DNA of 64,000 nucleotides from Felis catus (GCF_018350175.1 NC_058368.1:195736001-195800000); one strand, 5' to 3'; numbered from the stretch's first letter, positions 42,946-55,391 are shown. Notes: generated by a model from the sequence alone, not told the origin. Program-made: numbers and translations.

Positions 42946-43879
42946 TTTGGATAGTCCCTGGCGTGGTGAGGACCTGCAGGGCACTTCCCCTGTGCTGTGG
43001 TGTGTAACTGGAGTTGGTGGGCGGGGCCGAAGTCAGACCTGATGTCTGCCCCCAGCCCACCGCTGGGGCCACAGTCAGACTGGTGTGTGCCTTCTCTTCC
43101 CCTCTCCTAGGGGCGGGATTCACTGTGGGGTGGTGTGGCCCGTCTGGGCTACTTGCACACTGCCAGGCTTGTGATGCTGGGGATCTGGCGTATTAGCTGG
43201 GGTGGGTAGGCAAGGTGCACAGGGGCAGGAGGGGCAGGCTTAGATTGCTTCTCCTTAGGTGATCCACTTCAGGAGGGGCCCTGTGGCAGCAGGAGGGAGT
43301 CAGATCCGCTGCCGGAGGTTTGGCTCCGCAGCAGCACAGAGTTGGGTGTTTGTGCGGAGCGAGCAAGTTCCCTGGCAGGAACTGGTTCTCTTTGGGATTT
43401 TGGCTGGAGGATGGGCGGGGGAGATGGCGCTGGCGAGCGCCTTTGTTCCCCACCAAGCTGAGCTCTGTCGTCAGGGGGCTCAGCAGCTCTCCCTCCCTTT
43501 GTCCTCCAGCCTTCCCGCTTTCCGAGCAGAGCTGTTCACTTATGACCTCCCAGACGCTAAGTCACACTTGCTGTCGGAACACAGTCTGTCAGGCCCCTCC
43601 GCTTTTGCAAGCCAGACTCGGGGGCTCTGCTTGGCCGGCGAGCCGCCCCTCCGCCCCGGCTCCCTCCCGTCAGTCCGTGGAGCGCGCACCGCCTCGCCGC
43701 CCTTCCTACCCTCTTCCGTGGGCCTCTCGTCTGCGTTTGGCTCCGGCGACTCCGTTCTGCTAATCCTCTGGCGGTTTTCTGGGTTATTTAGGCAGGTGTA
43801 GGTGGAATCTAAGTGATCAGCAGGACCTGCGGTGAGCCCAGCGTCCTCCTAAGCCGCCATCTTGCAAACCCCTCTAGCA

Positions 43880-44461
43880 TTGTGATTTCAGAGATATGTC
43901 CATATACCCTTTGACAATCCTCCCCTTAAGAAGTGGAGCTCAATTCCCATTTAACTGTGGGCAGGCAGGCCTTAGTGAATCACTTTGAGCAAACAGAAGA
44001 CAGAAGAAGTAATAAGATACCACTTTCAATTTAGGTTCTAAAAAGAGTGTGGTTTCTGTTTTGTGTGCCTTTGCTCACCCTCTCTCTCTCCCTTGACTTG
44101 CTCAGTCTCGGTAGAAGCCGGCTATCACATTATGAGGCAGGCTTGAGGAGAGGGAAGACCATGGCCATGTCAGGAGTAGCCTAAAGAAAGGCCCACATAG
44201 TGAGGAACTAAACCTGGAAACTGATATTCTGAGACTTGTCATCAGCCACTCGGTTGAATTTGAAAGAATATTCTCCTCTACTTGAGCCTTGAAATAACTG
44301 CAGCCCTGGCCAGCAGCTTGACTGCAACCCCATGAGACGAAACCTGAACCACTCAGCTAAGCTGTTCCCAGGCTGACGCACCGAAATATGTCACAGTAAA
44401 TGTTTATAATTTCACACTAAGTTTCAGGTAATTCATTACACGGCAACAGATAACTAATACA
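43880..44461 (+). mobile_element. MLT1-type (MaLR) solo LTR
   Basis: gagccttgaaataactgcagccctggcc...gcttgactgcaacc...agataactaataca end motif. Confidence 0.7.
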
Positions 44462-44468
44462 TGTATTT

Positions 44469-45800
44469 ATTTTTATTTTTGTTTTTTATTTTTTTAATAG
44501 TTTCAAGTTCTTTAAATTCCAGTTAGTTAACATATAATATAATATTAGTTTCAGGAGTAGAATTTAGTGATTCGTCACATACCTGTAACACTCAGTGCTC
44601 ATCACAAGTGCCCTCCTTAATACCCATCACCAGGGGCGCCTGGGTGGCGCAGTCGGTTAAGCGTCCGACTTCAGCCAGGTCACGATCTCGCGGTCCGTGA
44701 GTTCGAGCCCCGTGTCAGGCTCTGGGCTGATGGCTCGGAGCCTGGAGCCTGTTTCCGATTCTGTGTCTCCCTCTCTCTCTGCCCCTCCCCCGTTCATGCT
44801 CTGTCTCTCTCTGTCCCAAAAATAAATAAAAACGTTGAAAAAAAAAATTAAAAAAAAAATACCCATCACCAATTTAACTCATCCCCCTGCCAACCTCTCC
44901 TCCAATAACCCTCAGTTAGCTCTCTGTAGTTAATAAACCAGTTAAGAAATGGGCAGAAGGCGTGAATAGGCATCCTTCCAAAGAAGACATACAGATGGCT
45001 AACAGACACGTAAAGATGCTCAACATCACTCATCATGAGGGAAATACAAATTAAAACTACAGTGAGCTATCACCTCACACCTGTCAGAATGGCTAAAATT
45101 AACACAGGTGTTGGCAAGGATGTGGAGAAAGGGGAACCCTCTTAATTTGTTGGTTGAAATCCCAAGGTGCAGCCACTCTGGAAAACAGTAGGGAGTTTCC
45201 TCAAAAAGTTAAAAATAGAACTACTCTATGATCCAGCAATTGCACTACTAGGTATTTACCCAAAGAATACAAAAATACTAATTCAAAAGGACACATGCAC
45301 CCTAATGTTTATAGCAGCATTATGAATAATAACCAAACTATGGATAGAGCCCAAACGTCCACTGACTGATGAATGGATAAAGAAGATGTGTATAATGGAC
45401 TATTACTCGGCCATAAAAAGAATAAAATCTTGGGGCACCTGGGTGGCTCAGTTGGTTAAGCGTCCGACTTTGGCTCAGGTCATGATCTCGCGGTTTGTGA
45501 GTTTGAGCCCCACGTCAGGCTCTGTGTTGACAGCTCAGAGCCTGGAGCCTGCTTCTGATTCTGTGTCTCTCTCTCTTTCTGCCCCTCCCCTGCTTGCACT
45601 CTGTCTCTCTTTCTCTGTCTCTCTCTCTCTCAAAAATAAATTTTAAAAAATGTAAAAAGATAAAATCTTGCCATTTGCAACAATATGGATGGAGCTGGAG
45701 TATATAATGCTAAGTGAAGTAAGTCACTCAGAGAAAGACAAATACCATCTAATTTCAGTCATGTGGAATTTAAGAAATGAAACAGATGAACATAAGGGAA
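44469..45800. mobile_element. 5'-inverted L1 3' fragment: minus-strand tail segment 44469-44930, plus-strand inverted segment 44931-45800; SINEs inserted at 44633-44857 (young, TSD aatacccatcacca) and ~45432-45660
   Basis: The two segments are near-adjacent parts of the L1 3' end in opposite orientations. Confidence 0.85.
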
Positions 45801-46229
45801 CAAAAATGATAATTTTCTTGTTTCTGAATCCATTTACAGAACTGAGTTAAGCAAAGCCTCAGAGGGACTCCTTCATCAACCTGAGCCCATTTTATGCCTG
45901 TCAGTTCCATGCAAAATTCAGAAAGAATTGGATGTTCCTGAGGCTGGACATAGGCATGGAAGTCGAAGTCGGATTCAATTTTTCCAGTTAATGTGTTCAG
46001 CAAAGTGTTGAAAGTTCATTAATTTCTTGCCTCTGGTGGCGTTTCCCATCATTCCTACATGCTGACTCAAAATCAGTGACAATTATGTAGTCAAACAATG
46101 GATATGCTTCTTCCTAGATTTCCATTTGTTGATGCAACTGACTCTTCTAATGAATTCAAGCTGCCACGCTAACTTCTTGATCACCATTCCCAGCACGCCT
46201 TTGTCCTCACAGCCCAACTGCTGGAAGTC
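45801..46229 (-). pseudogene. ERI2: Processed fragment of ERI2 mRNA (5'UTR, ATG at 46187, N-terminal DEDDh exonuclease region), frameshifted
   Basis: Translation MVIKKLAWQLEFIRR / FDYIIVTDFESAC / AYVQPQEHPILSEFCMELTGIKWAQVDEGVPLRLCLTQFCKWI matches the ERI2 N-terminus; no introns. Confidence 0.9.
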
Positions 46230-46609
46230 ACTAATACATGTATTTTGGCTAGCTATTGCTAAACCACCTATATAGGGACTGTATCATTTTTCTGTCCCAC
46301 CAGTACTATATGAGAATTCCTTATTCCCTTGGCCTTATCAACACCATATATTTCCAAAAGTAGAATATTTTTTAACAGGCTAATAGATGAGAAATAAGAT
46401 CTTACTGCAGCTTTAATTCTTATTTCTTTCATTACAAGGGAGGTCTCTTCCTTCAGCTTCTTTTTTAATGAGATACTACATTAGGGACAGCTTTGCATCA
46501 CACTTTGGCTCAAGAGCTAAACTTTTTAAAATTACTACAAGGTTCTCATGGTTAGGCCCCTTCCCATATTTACAGCATCCACTGGCATCAGTCCTTGAGG
46601 AGTCTTCTT

Positions 46610-46825
46610 TTCTTTTTTTTTTTTTTTAAGTTTATTTATTTTGAGAGAGAGCATGTGTGTGAGCACAAGTGGGGCAGGGGCAGAGACAGGGAGGGAGAGA
46701 GAGAATCCCAGGCAATTTCCTCACTGTCAGTGCAGAGCCTGATGTGAGGCTCAAATTCACAGACCAGGAGAACATGACCTGAGCTGAAGTCACAGGCTTA
46801 ACTAACTGAGCCACCCAGGTGCCCC
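46610..46825 (-). mobile_element. CanSINE
   Basis: Head and tail motifs. Confidence 0.9.
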
Positions 46826-46994
46826 ACTCCTTGAGGATTCTAAATTAATCATTATTATACCCCTAGTGCCTAACACAGTGGCTACACTGCCTTAAGCACA
46901 AGGCATGCAATAAATACTGATGTAACTGTGGGAGTTCAAATTGATAGCAACTGCCCACTTTTTACCCTCTTTTTTTTTAAATAATTACTTTAAA

Positions 46995-47728
46995 AAAATT
47001 TTTTTAACGTTTATTTATTTTTGAGACAGAGACAGAGCATGAACGGTGTAGGGTCAGAGAGAGGGAGACACAGAATCTGAAACAGGCTCCAGGCTCTGAG
47101 CTGTCATCACAGGGCCCGACGCGGGGCTCGAACTCACAGACCGCGAGATCATGACCTGAGCGGAAGTCGGCCGCTTAACCGACTGAGCCACCCAGGTGCC
47201 CCTAAGTAATTACTTTTTAAATTTATAGCCAGGTTAGCATATACTGCAACAATGACTTCAGGAGTAGATTCCTTAATGCCCCTTACCCATTTAGCCCACC
47301 CCCCTTCCCACAATCCCTCCAGCAACCCCGTTTGTTCTCCATATTTAAGAATCTTTTGTGTTTTGCCTCCCTCCCTATTTTTATATTATTTTTGCTTCCC
47401 TTCCCTTATGTTCATCTGCTTTGTATTTTAAATTCCTCATATGAGTGAAGGCATATGGTATTTGTCTCTAATTTCACTTAGCATAATACCCTCTAGTTCC
47501 ATCCACATAGCCGCAAATGGCAAGATTTCATTCTTTTTGATTGCCGAGTGATACTCCATTGTATATATATACCACATCTTTATCCATTCATCCATCGATG
47601 GACATTTGGGCTCTGTCCATACTTTGGCTATTGTTGGTAGTGCTGCAATAAACATGGGGGTGCATGTGTCCCTTCGAAACAGCACACCTGTGTCCCTTGG
47701 ATAAATACCTAGTACTGCAATTGCTATT
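46995..47728 (-). mobile_element. CanSINE (46995-47202) inserted in the tail of a 5'-truncated L1 (to ~47728)
   Basis: SINE head; ORF2 C-terminal translation at 47437-47748. Confidence 0.88.
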
Positions 47729-47729
47729 T

Positions 47730-48105
47730 TACTGTCTTCCTTGATCAATAGTTAGGCCCCTCTCTTTTCCACAGGCCCCTAAACTTGGCTGGTCCCCAAG
47801 TTTAACCACATAAAGCAAAGCAATATGTATATGCATAACATCCTCCCTTAACAGCTTTTTCACGGAATCTGAGAACTCCAGAAACATTTTTGTGTCCTGT
47901 TTTTGCCACTTGCACTCCTACCTGTTGAAGGTTACTGCTAACCCTTCTTAACCCTCTATAAAAAAAAGGGGGGGGGGCGGGGGGGGGGGAAGGTAAGGTT
48001 TGATTTTGAGATGCTTGCAGATTTCTGAGAATGAAGTGTTCTCCCTATTGCAACCATCTTTCTGAATAAAATCTCTCATCTAAATCGATTTGTTTTTACT
48101 TGACA
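47730..48105 (+). mobile_element. Probable ERV1-class LTR 3' part
   Basis: tataaa...aataaaatctc...ttttacttgaca terminus is typical of an LTR end. Confidence 0.45.
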
Positions 48106-48369
48106 TGATAAAACTGCTCAATGTAAAACTGCTATTCATTTAATTACATAAGCCAAAAATCTCATGGCTCTTCCAAAAACTGATGATTGAAAAGCATATC
48201 TATTTAAGCACAGGAAACATTAGTTAGCACTTTTTTTTTTTTAATATAAAAGCCTGAAGTACCTAAAGGTTATGGTAAGTGCTTTGTAGTTCATTATTTT
48301 TTCAAGTGATGTTTTCCTGAAATCTAACCTCCTCCCTGCTTCCTCTCCATTTTTGTTTTTCAGTCTCCC

Positions 48370-49350
48370 CTTTCTCGGTCTCAATCTCCCCCCGCGTCTC
48401 CCGTGTTGTGTCCCTAGCTTCCCACTTCTGTTCCTACGCATCCTGCTTTCGGTCCTTCCGGCTCCCACCGCTGTCTACACAGCCCTCTCCTTAGCAGCAG
48501 GATCGCTGCCCCTCTTCTCGCCGGCTTCTCCACGTCAACGCTTTGTGCCTCCGTCTCCTCCTCCTCCCTGCCTCTGAATGTTCCTTTTCCCTTCAGGCCG
48601 CCTCAGCAACTTACAGCAATTAGTAGTACTAATTTCCCCTAGAGAATCCCTTATAACAGTTTTTAGTATAAAGTTCATTTCTGCTGTGGATCCCCTCCTC
48701 CGCCCACCAGTGAACTCTTCCACCACTTCGCGCCCACAGTGGGATCTCCGCGGAGGAACTGTGCCATTCTACCCTCACCCCCCAAGCTAGGCGAACCTCC
48801 TGGTGTAGGCTGTACCATTACAAACATATTTAAGAAGTGCCGTCCATGAGAGTATTTTAACATTCGACATTCTTCCTCTTTCACCAAATGCAGTCTTCTA
48901 GTAGGGGTCGTATCACTCAAATTTCTTCTCCAAACCTGTAAAAGCTCTCTGCAAAACCTCGCACCTAGCTGGTTCGTAAAATCCTCCTCTCCGTCAGCTT
49001 GCCCCCTTCCCTGGGGCAGGGGGCGGTGGCACATCCCAAACTCCTGCTCGGAAGAAACCGAATTCCTCCGCGTGTACGGAACTGACCGAATTCTCAAGAT
49101 GGCGGCTCCAGTTCCGACATAGCACCTGGGGGCGGCCATACTGCCTCCTGAACAAAGCCGCCGAGGATGCGGAGTGGGCAAAACCTCCCAGTACGGCTCG
49201 GCGCAGGCTCGGGAGCCCCGCGCTGTGCTCACCCAGACAGGAAGCGGGAGAGTTCAGCAGTATGGCTGTGACAGCCGTCCCGGTTAAATCCGTGATGGGC
49301 GTTTCGAGACCTGATAACGGAGCCGCAAGACAGAAGGCGGGTATGTGCGG
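48370..49350 (+). promoter_or_regulatory. ZNF300: ZNF300 CpG island promoter / first exon; YY1 site at 49095-49106, GC box (ggggcgg) near 49020, ETS-like cggaag near 49050; candidate donors at 49341 (gtatgt) and 49350 (gtgagt)
   Basis: CpG density, motifs read directly, and homology with the paralog promoter. Confidence 0.8.
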
Positions 49351-50058
49351 TGAGTCTGTTGGATTGATAATGGGAGGGGAGGGGTCTGTGAGGGTCAGTG
49401 ATTGGAGATTTATGAAGTCACGGGTGGGGAGGTATGTGGGATTCATGTTGGGTTTATTTGGGAGTCAAGGTTGGAGTGAGGTATGAGATTAGTAATTGGG
49501 GAATAATGTGTCAGTGATGGAGTTGTCTGTGGGATCCGAAATGGCGTGTAGGAGGACTGGCTGGGGTCAGTGATTGATGGGACTCTGGAGAATCAGTGAT
49601 CGGTGAGGAGGCTGCGGACTAAATGACCATCCATGTGGTGGTCAGTGATGTAGTGGTCATGGGGGAGTTCTGTGGGTGTGTCATTGCTAGACCCAAGGAT
49701 TCAGAAATTTGGAGGGAGCAATAATGGGATCAGGGATGATCAGCCCTACTTTTCGGGAAAGGCTTTTACATACTTTAAAGTTTCCACAGGTTTTAGGCAG
49801 CCATTGAGTTCTTAAAGGTCAGACCCCTTCGCGGTCCACCATTGCGCCCTTAGCCTGGTCCTCGTCTACCCCCAAAATGGTCATTTTAAAACAAGACCAA
49901 ACAAATATAAAAGGATGGATTGTTATCAAAAGTATGATTTTCAGCCTACCTTTTTCTAAGAATTGAAATCATGTTGTTTTATTCAAGAAACACTTACTAA
50001 GCACCTGCTGGGTACCCAGAGATGAGTATAACTATTTCTCTTGATTGTTTCCTTCCAG

Positions 50059-50185
50059 ATCAGTTTTGACAACGCCTGGAATACCCCATGTAAAACAGCC
50101 TCCCTGTCTTGGGAGCATTCAGTTGCTCTGAACCAGTTCAGTCTTGTCTGAATGACTCCTTCTGGGACTGAGAAAAATTGACGGG
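50059..50185 (+). other. ZNF300: ZNF300 5'UTR exon
   Basis: ccttccag| ... ggg|gtaata; homologous to 2275-2402. Confidence 0.65.
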
Positions 50186-50873
50186 GTAATATGCCTTCCT
50201 GCATTGGTGTATTCTCTTGTATGAGTGTTTCCAACCTATCACCATTTTTATATGTAGATGACTGCACTGTTGAAAATCTGTAATAATAGTTTAAACAGAA
50301 AACATCTTAAAATTAACATTTTGGTCCATGAATATTGATTGGCAAGAGAGTTTGCTGAGTTGGGGGAAAATATAGAAGACCTGTTGGGAGATTATTGGGA
50401 TTCAGCTGCTGGTTCTTTCTGGGGAATAAGGGAATACATTTCTCAGTTTTCCATTTGGTCATGGCCATTCTTGTTGCTGGAGCAGTCCATCTACAGTTTA
50501 CTTTATACATATCCATTTATGTTTATTGCCTTATGAGAATATTATACAAATAGAATTACTGATTCATAGGGAAACAATAAGCTGTTAGTAAGTCAATGTG
50601 AAATATACCTTCACATCTTTACAATTAAACCACCCTGACCAAGTTCTGTATCTTCATAGTGTGGTCACAAGAGGACTTCCTTCACCTAGTGCTTCCTGAC
50701 CCTCTCAAGGACCAAATAGCCTTATCCCCACTGGTGTCATCATACAGCTGATTCTAGTGGTTGTTTCTAGATTGGTGAATGTGGAAGCAGCAGACGGTCT
50801 GGTCTGTGAAAATGCCCATCTGAGCACCGGTTTTGCTTTTTCAGACATCTGCTCTTGTAGAAGAGAGCAGAGA

Positions 50874-50888
50874 ATGATGAAGTCCCAG
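50874..50888 (+). CDS. ZNF300: ZNF300 first coding exon (MMKSQ); exon 50845-50888
   Basis: tttttcag| acceptor; ATG ATG AAG TCC CAG|gtgagt; matches the ZNF300 N-terminus as I recall it. Confidence 0.88.
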
Positions 50889-51359
50889 GTGAGTTGCTTT
50901 TGTATTTAATTTGAAGAATTTCCTTCATTTTCTGTCCAACCAAATGGAATAGTGCAGATAGCTAAAATTTGGATTAGGGAGAAGGTAGCCAAAATGAAAG
51001 TTAAGACCTAGAAAGAGTTTCTAGGGAACATGTAGATAAACCTGGCCTGAAAACATTTTTAAAAACGAATGTACCAGTTTTTCTGATCTTTCTTGAAGAC
51101 ATCACCACTTAATTGATTTACAGTCCTCTAAAGAGAAAACAGATCAGTTTCCCATGGGAAGAAATTCTTTCTTGCCACGTAAGACTAAAACAAATTTCCA
51201 TTCTGGGTCTTTGTCTAGATGATGGAGTACACAGTATTCTTAGCAACACTCCTGTGGTAAATGCAACAGTAGATTTCTGGTAGCTGTATCACGAAATGAT
51301 CTCTTTTAGAGGGAAGTTATAGTGTCATAGCCAGACTCCGTGAACTTTATCCTTCAGAG

Positions 51360-51552
51360 CTAGGCTCACCAAACTATTGCCCGTAGGCCAAATTCAGTTC
51401 TCTATTTTTATGGACAGTTTTATTGTTCACGTATTGTCTGTAGCTGTTTCCCTGCCACAATGGCAGCATTGGGTAAGTACAACAGAGACCGTATGACCTG
51501 CAATGCTGAAAATACATGCTTTACTGAAAAAGTTTGTTAGATTTCTGGTTTA
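51360..51552. mobile_element. MER58-like hAT/Charlie MITE relic
   Basis: caaactattgcccgtaggccaaat...gagaccgtatgacctgca...aaagtttg motifs. Confidence 0.55.
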
Positions 51553-51989
51553 GAGGACCTGATTGATTATAGAGGCTTCCTATTGTCCAGTTTTACCTAC
51601 TGCTAAAATCTAGATAACACAGGATGGGTGCATTTTGAATGGTCTTCCAAAATCTGTTTTTCTCCCAAAGGGCAGTTCTTACGTTATAATTCTCTGGCAA
51701 AGCTTTGTAGAGCATGGGTCCCTGATACTCCATACCCTTTGCTGTGGTTTCAGATTGTGTAGGATCACTTTCCAACTCGAGGCCAGTTGCTTCTCTGCAC
51801 TTCCATTTTTAATAGTGTGTAGTGATTTTTCTCCCTGCCAACATTGGCTATGTACATGGCATATAAATTTCAAACTATATCAATGATAAAAATGTAAACC
51901 TTTTTACTCTCCTCCTTCTAAGACTATCAGTGTTAACCATTTGTTTGTAATCTTCCAAACCTTTTCAATATAACTATGATTAAGTGTGT

Positions 51990-52030
51990 ACATGGGAAAG
52001 TACACATGGGAAAGTACACATGGGAAAGTA
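51990..52030. repeat. 14-bp tandem repeat (acatgggaaagtac) x~3
   Basis: Read directly from the sequence. Confidence 0.9.
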
Positions 52031-52179
52031 TAAGAGTGTCTCTTACTTTCTTGTGTTTTTCTTTTGGAGAAATAATGTTACACAGTAAACATTCCGTGCT
52101 GCAAAACTTGCTTTTTAATTGTCCCAGGTAAAGATTTTTGTATGCATTTTGAATATCTTCCTATGCCAGTACCTAGAAT

Positions 52180-52372
52180 TCTTTTTTTTTTTTAATGATT
52201 ATTTATTTTTGAAAGAGCACAGCGGGGGAGGGGCAGAGAGAGGGAGACAAGATCCAAAGCGGGCTCTGCACTGACAGCATCGAGTGTGATGTGGGGCTTG
52301 AACTTATGAACCATGAGATCTTGACCTGAGCCAAAGTTGGACACTCAACCGATTGAGCCACCCAGGTGCCCC
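52180..52372 (-). mobile_element. CanSINE
   Basis: Head and tail motifs; TSD tagaattcttt. Confidence 0.9.
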
Positions 52373-52714
52373 TAGAATTCTTTATTATCTTAGCGGATGC
52401 GTGATATTTCTTTCCAGCCTGATCAAACAGTGACTGTTTTCTTATCTGTAAAATGGGGATTAGAAACCTCATAGGGTTGTTATAAGAATTAAGTAAATAA
52501 AAACCATGCCTGGAATTGTACCTGGGATGGTTTGTTCTAAACTAAGTGTTAATTGTTGGTATTGTTATTATATTGTCATCATTATTATTATCAAATATAG
52601 TAATCAACTTTTGCATTAGGAGTGCTCATGTGTATTTTACAGTAAAGCTTAACAGGTGGGTTCTATTGCAAAAAGATAAGGTTGTTTTGTTTTTTTCCTT
52701 GAATGTCAGTAGCT

Positions 52715-52995
52715 TTAGAGTTGTGCTGTTCAGTGCAGAGCGACCAGCCACATGTGATTACTGAGCACTTGAAATTGGTTAGCCTGAATTGAGGTGTGCC
52801 TTAAGTGTAAAATACATACTGAGTTTAGAAGACACAATTCCAAAAAGCACACTAATAATTTTTAAAGGTCAGTTATACTTTGAAATTATATTTTGGATAT
52901 ATTGAGATACCTATATATATTTGAAAATAATTTTTTGAATGTGGCAACTGGAAGGTTTAAAATTACATATCTAGTTAGTCTTATATTTGTTGGAG
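52715..52995. mobile_element. MER3/MER33-like hAT relic
   Basis: gccacatgtg...gagcacttgaaat...taagtgtaaaatacat motif. Confidence 0.5.
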
Positions 52996-54548
52996 TAGCT
53001 TTAGAGAATGAAAATGGATTTTTATTAGCTTAATAAATCCAACTACTGGGGCTTATTAACTGATTGTATGCCTGTTCCTTTACGAAGAGGGATTTATATT
53101 TTTTCCATACTGTCCAGAAGTGAAGTCATTATTTGCACACATATCTATTCTTCCTTTCTTCTTCTAACACCTTCTCTCTTCCATTCTCCCAGTCACCCAG
53201 GCCATAAACATTTGTTTGTAGATGATAAGAGTACAATTTCCCACTGATTATACATTATATTTTTCTCAAAATTAACAAAATTTATGCATACTTAGTATAA
53301 TGAAGCATTTGAGTATAATTCATAAAGCAAAATCAGAACGTTAAAATTACAGCTCTTAAACTTCCTGTCAGAATGGATTTTCTCTACATTCCACATTTAT
53401 TTTCTTTCTCATGTCACTGTTCTTTAGATCAAAAGAATGTAACTGATTAATCCACAGAACTATTCTTAGTTAAATGTGAACTTTATTTTATTTTCTGTAA
53501 TCTTCATTCATTCCTTTTTTTAGTGAACATTTCTTGAGTACCTAATGTGTGTCACATGCATTGACTGGCTGTGGAGTATCTCAAGAAGATTTCGGTATGG
53601 TTTTTTTTCTGGAAGGAATGCAGAGAAAAATTAGGTAAACAGACATGGAAAGCAGCATTGACAAATAAAAATTTTATAATAGATATTGGAGCAAGGAACT
53701 GTTAAAACAGAGAGGGGGAGCAACCAGCTGTATAAGGAGTTAGAAAATAGGCGTAAAAGATTATTGAGCTTTAGATCATGAGAGAAGTAGGATAAGGATG
53801 GGAAACAACATTTACAAAAGTAGAGAGGGCAGAATGGTTTTAGGAAGGCTGAGAATTTGAGGAAAACGAAAATCTACGGTGTTTCATTGGAAGCTTGACT
53901 AAGGGTGTTATTAAAACAATAAAATACAGAAGACCTTGTTTACAATATCAAGAAGGCAGTGTGGAGCTATTGAATCAGAATACCTGCTTTTTAAAGCTGA
54001 GAGTTAATCATATCTTCAGTGCCTGACCTGTGGCAAGTGATTACTGAACTACTGTAATTCTAGGTTTTCTCATACGTAAAATGAGAAAGTTAATAAGGTT
54101 GTTTTAAGGACAAATTAAATGTTTGGCAGCCTGATGGTGTGAATATGGGACTTGGTGTGGGACTGAGATGATTGAGACTGATTGTATACGAAAGGATAGA
54201 ACCAGTGGATACTTTTAAGCAGAGGGTGTTGATAGTGGAAACCGTGTTTAATCTGTTTTTGTTCTGAAAGCAATATTTGATAATAATGAAATATTTAGGA
54301 GGAAAAGCTGAAAAACATCACTCAGATTCTACTAGATGACAACTGTGAACACGATGGTGACCTAATTAAAATAGTCCCTTTCTCCTCCAGAAATACCTTA
54401 CGGCTCTACACTTACCCAAGTTTTTTTTGTGTTAATGTCACATCAATAATCTTATTTTTTTATGAGTGTTTCCTGTACATTTCTCATTATGTCTCTTTTC
54501 AGTATTGCTACTGAAATTGGTATACTTCATTATATTACTACTTATTGC

Positions 54549-54587
54549 ATATATATATAGATATATATATCTATATCTATCTATCTA

Positions 54588-54618
<31 letters not shown>

Positions 54619-54630
54619 ATATATATATAT
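54549..54630. repeat. Compound (TA)n/(TATC)n microsatellite
   Basis: Read directly from the sequence. Confidence 0.9.
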
Positions 54631-54776
54631 CAGAGAACCATTAATTGAGGTGAAGCTATGATTATTTTCCTATAAATTGAGGGTATTACATTATGATCTT
54701 CAAGAACACTGACATTCTGTGATTCTCTATATGTGTTTTTTCTCTTTTTAATCTCTTATTTTAAAAGGCTTTTTCT

Positions 54777-55252
54777 GGGGCGCCTGGGTGGCGCAGTCAG
54801 TTAAGCGTCCGACTTCAGCCAGGGCATGATCTCGCGGTCCGTGGGTTCGAGCCCCGCGTCAGGCTCTGGGCTGATGGCTCGGAGCCTGGAGCCTGTTTCC
54901 GATTCTGTGTCTCCCTCTCTCTCTGCTCCTCCCCCGTTCATGCTCTGTCTCTCTCTGTCCCAAAAATAAATAAAAACGTTGAAAAAAATTAAAAAAAAAA
55001 AAAGGCTTTTTCTGCTAGGGGCGCCTGGGTGGCTCAGTCGGTTAAGTGCCCAACTCCTGGTTTTGGCTCAGGTCATGATCTCACAGTTGTGGGTTCCAGC
55101 CCCACATCAGGCTTTGTGCTGACAGCATGGAACCTGCTTGAGATTCTCTCTCTTCTTCTCTGTCTGCACCTCCCCTGCTCGCCCCCCTCTCTCTGTGTCT
55201 CTCTCACTCTCTCAAAATAAATAAAGGAACATTAAAAAAACCCAAAAAACAA
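54777..55252 (+). mobile_element. Two adjacent SINEs: young SINEC_Fc-type 54777-54999 (TSD aaaaggctttttct) and an older CanSINE 55018-~55252
   Basis: Two heads and tails with shared TSD sequence. Confidence 0.93.
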
Positions 55253-55391
55253 AAGCTTTCTCTGCTCTGTAATTATTAATAAAAATCTTCCCATGTTTTG
55301 TTACTTTTATGCTCTTGGCTATATTTTTAGAATTTAATTTTTTGCTTCATCTAGAATGTATATTTTGCATTTCTCAAGACATAAAATATGG

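Larger units (their letters stand above)
37916..43874 (-). mobile_element. Full-length (~5.95 kb) felid LINE-1: CpG-rich 5'UTR with 5'-terminal YY1 site, ORF1, ORF2, 3'UTR and poly(A)
   Basis: The 5' end reads gaggggtttgcaagatggcggc on the minus strand; both ORFs are present; A-tails at 37916-37925 and 37948-37961; imperfect TSD tagc(att)gtgattt. Confidence 0.97.

Noticed and set aside
44633..44720. tRNA-like A/B-box sequences in SINE heads
   Set aside because: These are tRNA-derived SINE promoters, not tRNA genes.
47960..47990. A-run followed by a long G-run (possible G-quadruplex)
   Set aside because: A homopolymer inside an LTR relic; unstable and error-prone, with no supporting evidence of function.
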